NCBI GenBank assembly: GCA_028534125.1
Contig: CM052816.1
Span: 30,940,001-31,004,000, forward strand
DNA: 64,000 bases
From: Lama glama
Taxonomy: Eukaryota
Direction: 5' to 3'
Notes under the pieces: generated by a model
Told to the model about the DNA's origin: nothing
The model's input: only the letters and a program-made list of their open reading frames with translations
Databases searched by the model: none
Program-made: the position numbers and the translations under genes
Shown here: positions 1 through 11,530 of the stretch, one piece after another
Position numbering within the stretch: the stretch's first letter is position 1
How the letters are laid out: every line of letters begins with the position of its first letter

Positions 1-870
1 ACAGAGCCCCTGGTGGTATTTCTGATGACATTCTTCAACTGAAGCTAATGACAAGCTAAAGGGACAATATAATAAAATCAATAATACAGGGATGTTGATA
101 AAATGTGGTAGGCTTGGTTTAATGCAAAAGTTGATTGTACATTATTGTGAATATGTTGTCTTTCAACCAGGTTTTCAATAGCTGTGATGTGGCAGTGCAC
201 TTAAGATGATGTGCTCAAGTGGGAACCCAGATTGCAGGCTGCCAGTTAAGTGATCAGCCAAGTTTAATCAACTTGCCAAGCCAGGAGCAGAATTGCCGTT
301 CTTTTACCAAAGCTGAGGTGCTTAACAGGAGAAATTGCCTGCAGGGAAAGCCGACCCATACATGCTTTAAGGGTACTTACAGGAGACCCCATGGGCAGGG
401 CAAAAGGTCCCCTTGGGAAAGCACTTATCACAGCAAACAACAGGGCAGGTAAGAGTCCCAAATTCAACACCAGAAGACAGAACCTCGATTTAAGTCCGTG
501 AACATTTTAAAGCAACAAAACCCAAACATTCTGCCTTGCCCAATAATTATAAATCTCCAGAAAGCATCCACATTAAGCCTAGAGCTTCACGCAATATATC
601 TTCCAATACGCCCTAGAAAGATGAGATTGTTGCAAGCTGTATTCCTAGGCATCAGCTAGACGAGACGGCCTGTCATGGACCAGTATTATTATTTATACAC
701 CAGTTTGAAAGTGGAACTGGAGTTCTGCTGAAACAGACATGACATCTTAGTTGTAGAAGAGCTGTTATGCGATCCCGCCCACTGTGAAGACTGTTTCTAG
801 TCTGGTATTAAAACCTTGCCATCTGCACGTAAGAAAATGCTTAGCTTCCATTCTTTTAGGGAAAGTGTAT

Positions 871-890
871 GGGATGGGTGGGGGTGTGGG
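871..890 (+). other. Potential G-quadruplex motif
   Basis: GGGATGGGTGGGGGTGTGGG: four G-runs of at least 3 with 1-3 nt loops. Confidence 0.5.
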
Positions 891-1174
891 TGGCAGAATA
901 TTTTTAATATAAGTATTCAGTTGTTTATTTGTATGTTGTCTGGCAATTCCCCAAACCCTAAGGTTCTTAATTCCCTCTTTCACCTTCATATTCCCTACTA
1001 CTAAAACAGGTGGGTACATAGAAAATTGTCAGAAATACTTACTGAATGATAAATGTATGTCCAAATAAGATAGTCATAATTTACTCCACTGAAAATAATT
1101 ATTATTACATGGCAGATCCTGCCTTTCTAGATTAATGGTACAGGTTAAAAAAATCTGTTGATAAACATGTATAT

Positions 1175-1306
1175 TCCTTGGCTTACATGTAGAAACTGTG
1201 ATTGATTTAGTTTGTAGTGGGGTTCCAATGCCTACCTTTTTACAGTCATCCCAGGTAATATGGATTTAAGAGATCCAGCAATTGTTTCAAAAAACACTGC
1301 AGTAGA
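1175..1306. mobile_element. Degenerate hAT-Charlie MITE (MER5A-like)
   Basis: ...gatttagtttgtagtggggttcc...tttttacagtcatcccaggtaat...tttcaaaaaacactgc resembles the MER5A right half; highly diverged. Confidence 0.45.
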
Positions 1307-2017
1307 TGCTAATATGGGTTCTGCAAGAACGTTATCAACCCAAGGTTTCAGCCTATACCCAGTTTCTATTCATGATCAAAGGACTACAGGGGCCAATAAA
1401 GCTTTGAATGATCATGCTAACACTAACAATTACTCCTCAAACAGGCAAAATATAAAACGGAGGTCAATAATGTTATCGCTGTGTCAAAAATCTTTTATAA
1501 AAACTTGCCTGGAAAACTCAGGCTTAAAATTTATCAAACAAAGCATTTTAGAAGGAATAGATGTTAAACTAGGAAGTCTGTAATTTGGGATAAATAAAGG
1601 GCATACCTATCTAAAAAGGAAGCTTAATTACATTCTGGATTTATAAGCAAGTATTGTAACACAGCAAAAAGGCTGCCTGGGATCCACAAATTTCAGATCA
1701 TTATCAGAACTTTCAGGCAAATTCAAATCTTTTGCATAGATTTACTGTTCCCAATATTTTATTTTGTTTTGTTTTGCACTTAATTTAATTCTCAAGTAAC
1801 CTCTGGGGTTATCTCATGGTTCTAATATAAACACTGTCAGGGAAGAAACTGGAACTCCTTTAATTTTAGGGGCCAGATACAAAGATCTGGCAGTGCTATT
1901 AGTTATAGGTGGCTATTTATAAGAAGAATGTGGATGTCTCTGGAAAGGCAACTCTGATGCAATGAGTTTTCCTGTGTAGCAATTATATGAAGTTAAACTC
2001 TATGACTGATGACACCG

Positions 2018-2480
2018 TTTATTCACTCAGATAATTTCTAAGCTTCTATTAAATGTCACAAACTCTGGTAGACGCTTTGAATGCAAATGTGAATCAACTC
2101 TAGTCCCTGCTTCTAAAAGCTGACACTCTTGCAACTCAGTTTATAACAATAACATGATATAGACACACATAAGGCATTGTGAGAATAGCTACGCAGAGGG
2201 GCACTATCTCAGGCTCAAAGAAATGAAAGAAATGTCATAAAATATCTCTAAAAGAGGTGATACCTCAATTAAGTCTTAAAGGCAGAATAGGAGTTAGACG
2301 GGAGGGGCTGGAGAAGACAGCATAAGGTACTCCAGACAGAGAACAGATGAACAGAGGTAGGAATAGCATGGAAGATACAAGGAATTACATCAGTATGTTA
2401 TGTTGTTGGATCATAACAGAGAGTAACTGAGTGATGAGACACCAGGCTGCAAAGTCTTAAAGGAACCATATCATGATGTG
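2018..2480 (-). mobile_element. LINE-2 3' fragment
   Basis: Starts ttattcactcagataatttctaagcttctatt...tagtccctgcttc, then a purine-rich body (agaggtgatacctcaattaagtcttaaaggcagaataggagttag) typical of reverse-oriented L2. Confidence 0.6.
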
Positions 2481-2876
2481 TTTTAGCTTATAAACCTTTG
2501 AAGTCTTAGAGTCAGATATTAAAATTCCCAATAAAACAGAGAATCATTGCAAAGACAATGTATTAGAAATCTATTTTAATTACAGAAGTATGACTCATTT
2601 TGAATACTCTTTTCATTTAGAAATGCTGGCTCCCAAGAGAGGGAGATAATTAAGCCAATAGGTTTTATTGCTAAAATGTGCAGTTGTATCAGAAAAAAAA
2701 ACCATCCTTACTGGAGCAAGACAGAATCATGAAACATGATGATCACTGTTGGTTCTCAATTCTAGTCCTTACTCTAGAGATAAAGGAATATATAGATAAT
2801 AAATGGTTATTGGTCACCTTTTTTCTAGGGCTTCCCAGATCAAGGGGGAAAAAAAATCAGCAACCAATCATTTAAG

Positions 2877-2925
2877 GTTTTTTTTGTTTTGTTTTGTTTT
2901 TTGTTTTTTTGTTTTCGTTTTTTTG
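2877..2925. repeat. (GTTTT)n-like T-rich low-complexity tract
   Basis: Directly visible imperfect GTTTT repeats. Confidence 0.85.
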
Positions 2926-4999
2926 CAGGATGATGAGAACAATCCTAGGAACCAAGAAGGTTTCATAATAATTGGGAGAATTTTAGTTCTTCAGCAACAT
3001 TTCAGAATTATACCATCTTCCACCCCCTCCATTCCTGGGTCTCTGTGACTGTGTAATTTTGTAGCATCCTGTATTATTTCAACCCCTTTCCTCCCTTCTT
3101 TTATCATCAGATGAAAATTCTATTCAAATTAGAACTAGAAACATTTTAAATTGAAGAATGTCTTTCCGTAGAACCATTCATTTTTAAAGGAAATTAGGTG
3201 GAGACAACACACAATTAGAGAAGCAGTAGGTATGCATTAAAGGGTATTTGTCCTCCAGATTTATCTTTCACTCATGGATGACCCCATCATAGAAAGACAT
3301 TAGCATAATTTATATCAATAATTTGTTTCTGTGATGTGTGAAGAAAATAATACCCCACAATAAATTAAAGATGCCTTTACGACTCCATTTTATCAGCTTC
3401 TTTACCCTTATTTACATTTAGAACTACAAAGTCATATTAATAGAGTTATGAAAATGGCCTGTGGGCTGAAGCCCCTAGAGGCTTATAGTATAATAGCAAT
3501 GAGTAAGTAGAAAGACTCTGCTCAATTTGACTTTCCTCATTGTTAAGAGGCTGCTTCTAATTCTCTAGTTTCCCAAGCTTGAGGTCACCTAAGAGGAGTT
3601 GCTATCTCCTGCGTAAACTGGTCAATCCTTTTGCCAAGCAGATTCATTTGATTTGTATTTTAAAGTGACCTTTTGACTTGTAATCATCCACATCTCTTCA
3701 TGCTTTATTTCATTTTATTTTGCTGGAGAGCACTGCAGAATGTTTATCATGAAAAGAGCTACATAAATATTAATGTATTGATAGTGTTATGGTTTTTCAA
3801 ACCTATATTTTATGTCATGGGTTTTAAGAGCTACAGAATTTACTGACTGCACAGAAAATTTAAGTATAAACGGACTTACTGAAATGCCCCAAATGTGATA
3901 AAATGTATGAATTATTAATCCCATGAAAGTCAGTATGATCCTGTTTAAATGCCAAATTTTCTGAACCAATATTGGATTTTTTTTTTTTACTAACAGATGA
4001 AATTTGGGACATCAAATAAATATAGTGAGTTCTCTAATTTTTGAAGTTTAAAATTAATTTGGAGATAAAAGTTATAAAGGAAACAAAAGCATAACTTAGG
4101 ACCTATCTAGAGTGACAAAAAGCTCTGTAACTCAAAGGTGCACAGTCCTGGCTGTGTGCTCTTATTCTTGAACCCCATGTGGGACATGAGGTCAAAAGTC
4201 AACAGGCTAAGAATTGCCTGACAGCAATAAGGACTTTCCAAAATAAATATTTTGCTTAAAAAGTAAAATCACACTTAATGAGCATTCAACATAGCTTAAA
4301 AGCGTTAACAATAGCTCACCTGGTGATACTCCATCTGTTGTAGCAAAGAAAAAAATTCAAGATAGGAGAGATTTTGTACAAGAACTATATCTAAATACAA
4401 AGATTTTAATATTTAACTGCATAAATCTGAATAGAACTGACAATTCACTCAGCACCTTATTACCTTGTAGTAGTGAGAGGGCAAATCTATAGGAAAGAGA
4501 AAATAAACTAGCCACTCCTTCTAGAAGTTCCTGCCCAGTCCTGACCATGGGGATCACACTGTATTAGGCACTGTAAGAAACACAAAACTAGAAAGCAGGG
4601 CTTCCACTCTTAGTGAACTTAGAACAGCATTCAAGGAGACAAAGCAAGCATGAAAACATACAGCCAGATAATAGAGACAAGCTAACGTTCTGCCAGGACA
4701 GCGTACAAGCTGCACTGGCAAAACGGTGAGTCATGAGGGTTGTCTGGTGTAGGGTTTGATGAAAACTACATTCATGCACTTATGAAGAATGAACTGGATG
4801 ATATATTCAACAGGTAAATGCAGCATGAGGCAAGCCAGAAGACTAAGAAGTAATGAGACATTTGAGATGCTGAAGTAACCTGCTTCATTTAAATGGACTG
4901 AATAGGCTACTGTTTTTGCCTCAAATGGATGGAATACACATTAGTCTTGGAGTAGCAATATGCTAATATTTCAATAGCAGTTACCTCCCTACCACCTCT

Positions 5000-5165
5000 A
5001 TATCATAATAGTTTTTACAGAGCACTAATTATAGGTTATGCCCTGTCTTAATAAATTAATACATATTGTCCCACATAGGATCACATCAATTCTATGAAAT
5101 AGATTTTTTTCATTGTTTAACAGATAAAGGAACTATGTTTTACAAAAATTGTAAATTATGTAGCA
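5000..5165 (-). mobile_element. MIR SINE fragment
   Basis: ataatagtttttacagagcactaattatagg...attctatgaaatag...ttaacagataaaggaact matches the reverse MIR core. Confidence 0.5.
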
Positions 5166-5252
5166 ACAACATGGGTTAGGGGTGAGAGACTTCATTCAAA
5201 TTTTCCAAAAGGTTTACCCAAAGTATGTGTCTTTTGGCAAATCATTAAACTC

Positions 5253-5341
5253 TTTTTTTTTTTTTTTTGGTAGAAGTGCTGGGGATTGAACCCAGGACCT
5301 TGCGCATTTCAGCTATGTGCTGTACCACTCAGCTATACCCC
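5253..5341 (-). mobile_element. tRNA(Ala)-derived camelid SINE (vic-1-like), short form
   Basis: Reverse complement GGGGTATAGCTGAGTGGTACAGCAC...GGTCCTGGGTTCAATCCCCAGCACTTCTACC followed by A16. Pol III A/B boxes present. Degenerate TSD aaatcattaaactct (5239-5253) / aaatcattatgttct (5346-5360). Confidence 0.85.
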
Positions 5342-5845
5342 GACAAAATCATTATGTTCTTAACTTCAGACTTCTGCTTTGAAAATTGAAGGCATCAGAC
5401 TTGAGGCCTCATAGCTCTTCCCAGCTCTGATGTTTAGGAATTGTTTTAAGTTCTACTGTCTCCCTTCCCTTCTACTACTTTCATTTTCTCTCCAAAAAAA
5501 AAAAAAAAGAGCAGAAGAGATGACAGACTAAATCTTTACATATGTAAGGCAAAGTCAATCAAACATCAAGATAATCAGTGTTTCTGCAGAAGACAATTCA
5601 ATAAAGGGAAAAGGAAAAGTTAAAATAGAATATGTGGAGATAGATGAGAACAAAATTTACTGGAAGTAAAGAAATAACCAAAAGTGCTAAATGGAAAAGA
5701 AACAACCAAAATTTAATGTAATAGGAAAAACAAACTATACAAAATGACCAGTGAAGACACATCCTGGTTTGAGTAACAAGACAAAATTGTTTTTAGGTTT
5801 TAAAGCAGAAAAAAAAAATCGAGAAACAAAAGATTGCAGTAGGAA

Positions 5846-5895
5846 GGACAGGGCAGGGGCAGGGCAGGGGCAGGGCAGGGGCAGTACAGGGCAGG
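5846..5895. repeat. G-rich (GGGCA/GGGGCA)n tandem repeat, G4-prone
   Basis: gggcaggggcagggcaggggcagggcaggggcag visible directly. Confidence 0.85.
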
Positions 5896-6289
5896 CTGGA
5901 GTAACACCCTAGCTCAAACTTCCTCATAGCAACAGCATCAACATTACAAGAGGAAAAAGGAGTTCTAACCAAAAATTATTTTACATAGTCAGATATTCAT
6001 ATTTAAAGAAAACACTTTAAAAAATGGACAATATGGGAAATTGTAATTCCTTTTTGAAAACAATACAACAGAGTTGATTCAGACAAAGTATAAATGGAAG
6101 AGACAAGGGAAAAATAAGATTAGAATTAGGCTGAACATGGAGGGGGGAAAATGGATATAAATGCAGATACACACACATATATCTGAAGACTAATTTACTG
6201 AAAAATACAGTTTTAAAAGATGTTTAAAAACTTGATGAAGAAAAAAACCCCATAAAAACCTAAAGACAAAAAGTCATAAAATGTCCTAC

Positions 6290-6920
6290 CATTATAAGAA
6301 GACTCAAATTCCTTCAAAAACATAAAAGTCACCCTGTATTTTATACATAACACTTAACACAACAAACTGCTTAAGAAAAGTTAAAAGTGAAAAGATGGAC
6401 AAATTTCGATCAAACAAATGCTATTAGGAAGAAAGCTGTGCCAATATTATTGATTTCAAAGAAAGTTTAATACAAGGCAAAAGGTGTTAATGATGTAAGG
6501 AGAACAAAGAATGAGATTTTAACTCTAATAAATCTTTATACAACAAATAACAGTATCGTAACACCTAAATAATGAAATGTAGGAAATACACAAAAAAGTC
6601 AATAGCAAGAAAATATTAATTTATATCAATAATGCTGTGAAAAATCCAGTAAAGAAAATAAAAAGCATGTAGCATTTTAAAATATATGTATTTATACTTA
6701 TATATTTTGGCATTTATGTTACATATTATTTAATGATAGACAGGTATATTTTATTCGTGTAAATATACATTAATGTCCAGATCAAACTCCATACCTCTCA
6801 AATAAAAGATATACATTCTTTTCTAGTATCCATAATATGTTTTTACATTGACCATATTTTTGGACATAATGGAAATGTTCATATAATTGCCAAAGTGTCG
6901 GTAATGCAGACACTGTAACT
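6290..6920 (+). mobile_element. Ancient L1 ORF2 endonuclease-domain relic
   Basis: Decayed motifs: ttaaaagtgaaaagatgg (LKVKRW), aagaaagctgtgccaatattattgatttca (KKAGVAILIS-like), tatacattcttttctagt (YTFFSS), attgaccatatttttggacat (IDHIxGH). Confidence 0.75.
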
Positions 6921-6939
6921 GTATGTCAATGTAAAAATT

Positions 6940-7038
6940 ATTTCTAATAATAACCATACCAGTTTAAATTCCCAACAACAGTGTATAAGGGTTCTCTTTT
7001 CTCAATATCCTCCCCAACATTTGTTATCTCTTGTCTTG
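6940..7038 (-). mobile_element. L1 ORF2 3' fragment (sense half of an inverted insertion)
   Basis: Reverse complement aagacaagagataacaaatgttggggaggatattgagaaaagagaacccttatacactgttgttgggaat corresponds to the L1 CCHC-region sequence. Confidence 0.8.
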
Positions 7039-7039
7039 G

Positions 7040-7404
7040 CTACAAAGCCAAAATAAACAAGAAGAACTACATCAAACTAAAGAGCTTCTGCATAATAAAG
7101 GAATCAATACATTGAAAAGAAACCTATGTAATGGGAGAAATATTTGCAAACCATTATGTCTGATAAGGGGTTAATATCTAAAATAAATAAACTCATGCAA
7201 TTTATTAGCAAAAAGAGCAAATAATCCAATTAAAAATGCACAAAGGACCTGAATAGACCTATTTCCCAAGAAGACTTACAAATGGCCAATAGGTATAAGA
7301 AAAGGTGACCAGTATCACTTACCATCAGGGGGATGCAAATGTAAACCACAGTGAGATCACCTCACACCTGTTAGGACGACTGTTGTCAAAAAGACAAGAG
7401 ATAA
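7040..7404 (+). mobile_element. L1 ORF2 3' fragment (inverted half)
   Basis: aactacatcaaactaaagagcttctgc...atgggagaaatatttgcaaacc...tctgataaggggttaatatc...cacctcacacctgttagg are classic L1 ORF2 motifs. Confidence 0.85.
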
Positions 7405-7575
7405 GTCATCTCTTCTTACAAGCACAGTAGTCATATTGAATTAGGACTTACACTAATGAGTTAACTTTACCTGAACTGCTTCCTTACAGGCCGTCCCCAA
7501 ACACAGTCACCTTCTGACTTGGAGGTTAGGACTTCACCGTATGAATTTTGGAAGTACTCGGTTCAGCCCATGACA
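7405..7575 (-). mobile_element. MaLR LTR fragment (MLT1A/B-like 5' part)
   Basis: acagtcaccttctga...ggttaggacttcaccgtatgaattttgg...ttcagcccatgaca is the reverse complement of the MLT1 5' end. Confidence 0.75.
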
Positions 7576-7577
7576 GT

Positions 7578-7725
7578 TTCCCAAAGCAGGGCACTCATAC
7601 CAGCAGCAATCTTAATACTCAACTCAGAATCTGGACCTCTGAGAGTGTGGTCCGACTACCTGTTTTTGAACAAATCCTCTAGGTGATTCTAATGCATGCC
7701 AAGGTTTGGAAAATACGGCCTTAAA
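7578..7725. mobile_element. MER5A-like hAT-Charlie MITE
   Basis: tgtttttgaacaaatcctctaggtgattctaatgcatgccaaggtttggaaaatac matches the MER5A end. Confidence 0.65.
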
Positions 7726-7776
7726 TAATTTTCAAGTTGTTTAAAGATTGAAATGAGAAAAGCAGAAATGTAAGAG

Positions 7777-8190
7777 TGTATCAGACTGAAAAGTGTCTCC
7801 CCAAAATTCATGTCCACGGAGACCTCAAAATGTGAACTTACATGGAAATAGGGTCTTTGCTGATGTCAGATAAATTAAGACGATACTGGATTAGAGTGGG
7901 TCCTAATCCAATGACCAGTGCCCTTAAAGTAGAGAAAAATAAGACACAGACAGACACAGGGAGAGTGCCATGGAAGGGTGGAGGCAGAGAGTGGAGTGGT
8001 GTTTCTACCAGCAAAGAACATCAAGGGTTGTCTGGCGACCACCAGAAGCTAGAAAGAGGCAAGAAAGATGCTTCCAGCCAACTCCGTAATTTCAGATGTC
8101 TAGACTTCAGAAGTGACAGAGAAAAAACTCTGTTGTCGTAGGCCTCTAAGTTTGTGGTATTTTGTTATGACAATAGCAGGACACTAATAT
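7777..8190 (+). mobile_element. MaLR solo LTR (MLT1C-like)
   Basis: tgtatcagactgaa...ccccaaaattcatgtcc...ggaaatagggtctttgc...gggtcctaatccaatgacc...ccaccagaagctagaaagaggcaag...gtttgtggtattttgttatgac...actaatat; near full length. Confidence 0.85.
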
Positions 8191-8254
8191 GGAGTTCTAG
8201 TAAAAATTGAATTTATTTACTATTTTCAAGTAGAGGGTTTTTTTTTTTCCCTAA

Positions 8255-8380
8255 ACAGAATACGAGTGTGTTTATCACTTTGATTGTGGTGATGGTTTCA
8301 GGGGTTTATGCCTATCTCTAAACTCAGCAAGTTCTATAGTCTTCTAGTATATAAATTATACTTCAGTAAAGGTTATTTTT
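8255..8380 (+). mobile_element. L1 (L1MB/MC-type) 3' terminal fragment
   Basis: ttgattgtggtgatggtttcaggggt...aaactcagcaagtt...aattatacttcagtaaag. Confidence 0.7.
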
Positions 8381-8389
8381 TTAACATCT

Positions 8390-9345
8390 AGAAAAGCAAA
8401 ATATTCCATGTAGTATGAAAAATACAGTCAAAAGACTAATGACAGAATGAAAAAAATATTAGCAACATATGTAACAAAGGCTTCTTTTCTTTAATTTACA
8501 AAAGGCCCCCAAAAATGAGTAAGAAAAAGGTGGATAACACGATAGGAAAAAATGGTGAAGATGTGAGAAGACACTTTACAGAACAAAGAGGTACAAAATG
8601 AAGATACACCAAAAAACTGTTAAAACTTAGTGGCAACATTAAATTAATGACAACTAAGACAAGACTCTAGTCTTTTCATCTATCAGGATGGCATATTCAG
8701 TTACAATGTTCAAAACCAGAAAGTTGTACGGAAATAGCCAATGTCTCATAGTCTTGGTGTAAAATAAATTGCACTGTTTTTGTAAAGTGATTTGATGATA
8801 CCCATTAGATTTTTAAATGCACACAGCACTGCCGTACCTAAGAATTTACATAGGAAATTATTTCAAGATATATGTGAAAAGATATTCTTTGCAGGATTTT
8901 TTGATAAGAAAAAAATAAAAACCTACAAACAACCTCAATGTCCACCTACATGCTATTAATTCATTGAATTATGAGCCATCTGACTTAAGCAGTAAGAAGC
9001 AGACAGTTAAAAGATGGAGGTATGTTTCCATGTATTAATATGGAAAATATTTGAGATTTTATCAATTTTCAGGAGCAGAGGAGTGAAATGTTTAATTCTT
9101 TTACAAATTCACAAAGAAAATATTTTTCTGGAAGTAATCAGAAGGAATGATTAAAAGTGGGTGTGTTTGATAAGCGGGCTTTGGGATGTGAGAAGAGAGG
9201 CTCTCTCTTCACACACTGCCCTTCTGTACAGCTTACCTAAACACAGATATTTAGAGATATACGTAAAAACACGCATAAGTATCATGCCAATTTGCATGAT
9301 ATAAATGTTAAGATTATGGGATTTTTATTTTAATTTTCTGTGCTA
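8390..9345 (+). mobile_element. Ancient L1 (L1ME-type) ORF2 end / 3'UTR relic
   Basis: A-rich and decayed: aaaagactaatgacagaatgaaaaaaatattagcaacatat, aaacaacctcaatgtcca, gattatgggatttttatttt. Confidence 0.55.
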
Positions 9346-9386
9346 AAAACACTGGTATTTTATAGTTTCAAAAAGGCATGAGACAA

Positions 9387-11530
9387 GGAAGAGATCCAGA
9401 CTGCGGAGTAGGAGGACTCGGAACTCGCCTCCCCCAACAAACACGTCCAAAATACATCTGCAGGTGGAAGGATGCTTGCTGAAAACTGGAGTCCGGCAGC
9501 AAGCCTCCTGCATAACCTGTGCAGGGCAAGTACAGGCCGCACAATCAAGTCAAGGCTCTAGGAAAGACCCACACAGAGTCCGGTAGAAAGGCAATGCAGT
9601 GATCAGGTTGGGATCTGCGCCCCTGGAAGGAAACCCAGAAGAGGAGGGGAATTGCACTGGTGGGGAGACACCCTGGGAAGTGAGCAGTTCAAGCCCCAGC
9701 CCTGCGGTTCGACATCAGGAAGATAAGTCCCCTTAGCTGGTTGGAGGGCCGGTGGGACTAACAGGAAGGCTGTAGGAAGCCTGGACCCCGCTCATGAGGG
9801 CTGCACGCAAGCTGGCTTACTCCTCAAACAGGATGGAGAGATTGGACTGAAACTGCATGGGTTGCCAGCCCATTTCTGTGACCACGCTGATGCTCACCCC
9901 AGCCGGATCCCAATGACCGCTCCAGCCCCACTTGCTTCACAACACAGTTCCACACTGGGGTGAGGCTGCCAAGGCCAAGGGGGAAACTCAGCTGTGAAAC
10001 ACAGAAGTGGTTCAGATCCGGAGCTACACAGCGTGGGGCAACCATTACTGGTGCTTCTGCAAGCAGTGCATCAGATGTAGTCGGGGGCTCTGCCTGGAGC
10101 CTGGATGCCACAGCCCACACCCAGACCCATGCCGAGAGCCTTACCAAGCCCTCTTGCCCCAGCACTGCTGACACTGAGTGTGTGAAGAGCACACATCTAA
10201 AGCAATCAGAGCCAGCTTGGATCCAACCCTCAAGGCTTCTGTTCCAGCATCTTGAGACCCAACCCCACCAGCTGAGGATGGTGAAGGCCACTGAGCAGAG
10301 GAGAAGCCCCACCTCAAAGCTGTCTCTGGCCCTAGTCCCTCCACTTCCAGTCTCATTTCCTACCAAGGTGATAGCTGTCAGCACACCCTGGGGAAAGATG
10401 TGATTTATGTTTATCTCAGATTCAGCTCTCCCACAAAAGCCACTGGGCACATGCAGACTGTACAGGGATTTTGCCACCCAAGGACAACTCTTCAAGGTAG
10501 CAACAGGCAACTGTCTTACCTAATTTCATAGACAGAGAAAGTTAAGGAAAATGAGAAAACAGAAGAATTTGTTGCAAACAAAAGAACAAGGGGAGAGGGG
10601 GACCCTGAAAAAGCAACAATGAAATGAAGATAATTTATCAGATAAAAAGTTCAAAGCATTAGTAGTAAAGATGCTAACTGAATTAGGGCAAAGAATAGAT
10701 GAACAAAGAGAGAATTTTAAAAAGGAACTAGAAAGTAATTTTTTAGAAGTCAGAATTGAATAATACAAAACCTGAAATGAAAAACATACTAGAGGGAATA
10801 AAGAGCAGAGTAGGTGATACAGAAGAACTCATTAGTGATCTGGAAGGCATAATACCAGAAATCACCAAATCACAAGAGCAAACAGAACAAATTTTTAAAA
10901 AAATTTTAATAGTTTAAGGGACTTCTGGGACAACATCAAGAGCACAAACATTTGCATTATAGGGGTCCGAGAAGGAGACGAAAGAGAGAAGGGGGTTGAA
11001 AATATATTTGACGTAATTATGACTGAAAACTCCAAAACATAAAGAAAGAAACAGATATCCAGGTAAAGGAAACACAGATGATCCCCAACAAAATGAACCC
11101 AAGCAGACCTACACCAAGACGTATCATAATTAAAACAGCGTAAGTTAGAATTCCAAAGGCAGTAAGAGGGGAAAAAAAAAACCTCACATACAAGGAAACC
11201 TCCATAAGGCTATCAGCTGAATTTTCTTTTCTTTTCTTTTTTTTTTTTTGCATAAATTTTACAGATCAGAAGGGAGTGGCATGATATATTCAGTGATGAA
11301 AGAAAAAATGCTGCAACTGAGGATGCTCTACCCAGCAAGACTACTGTTTAGAATTGAAAGAGAGATAAAGAACTTCTCAGACAAGCAAAAACTTAAGAGT
11401 TGATCAATACTAAACCAACCCTAAAAGAAATGCTCAAGAGTCTTCTCTAAGTGGAAAAGAAAAGGCTGTAACAAGAAGGGAAAATCCCACTAATAAAGCA
11501 AGTATGTGCTGAAGGCTAAGGACCAACCAC
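9387..11530 (+). mobile_element. L1 retrocopy with 5'UTR and disrupted ORF1 only, bounded by a 19-bp TSD
   Basis: L1 5' start ggaagagatccagactgcggagtaggagg; GC-rich 5'UTR to about 10550; ORF1 remnants follow; identical flanks tcaaaaaggcatgagacaa at 9368-9386 and 11531-11549. Confidence 0.9.
10551..11450 (+). pseudogene. L1 ORF1p pseudogene (frameshifts/stops, T-rich microsatellite at about 11222-11249)
   Basis: Translated segments MRKQKNLLQTKEQG, NLSDKKFKALVVKMLTELGQRIDEQRENFKKELE, LRDFWDNIKSTNICIIGVREG, IRLSAEF, RREWHDIF and LYPARL are canonical ORF1p motifs. Confidence 0.9.

Noticed and set aside
2877..2930. Strong-looking plus-strand splice acceptor
   Set aside because: The pyrimidine tract is a GTTTT microsatellite and no convincing donor follows.
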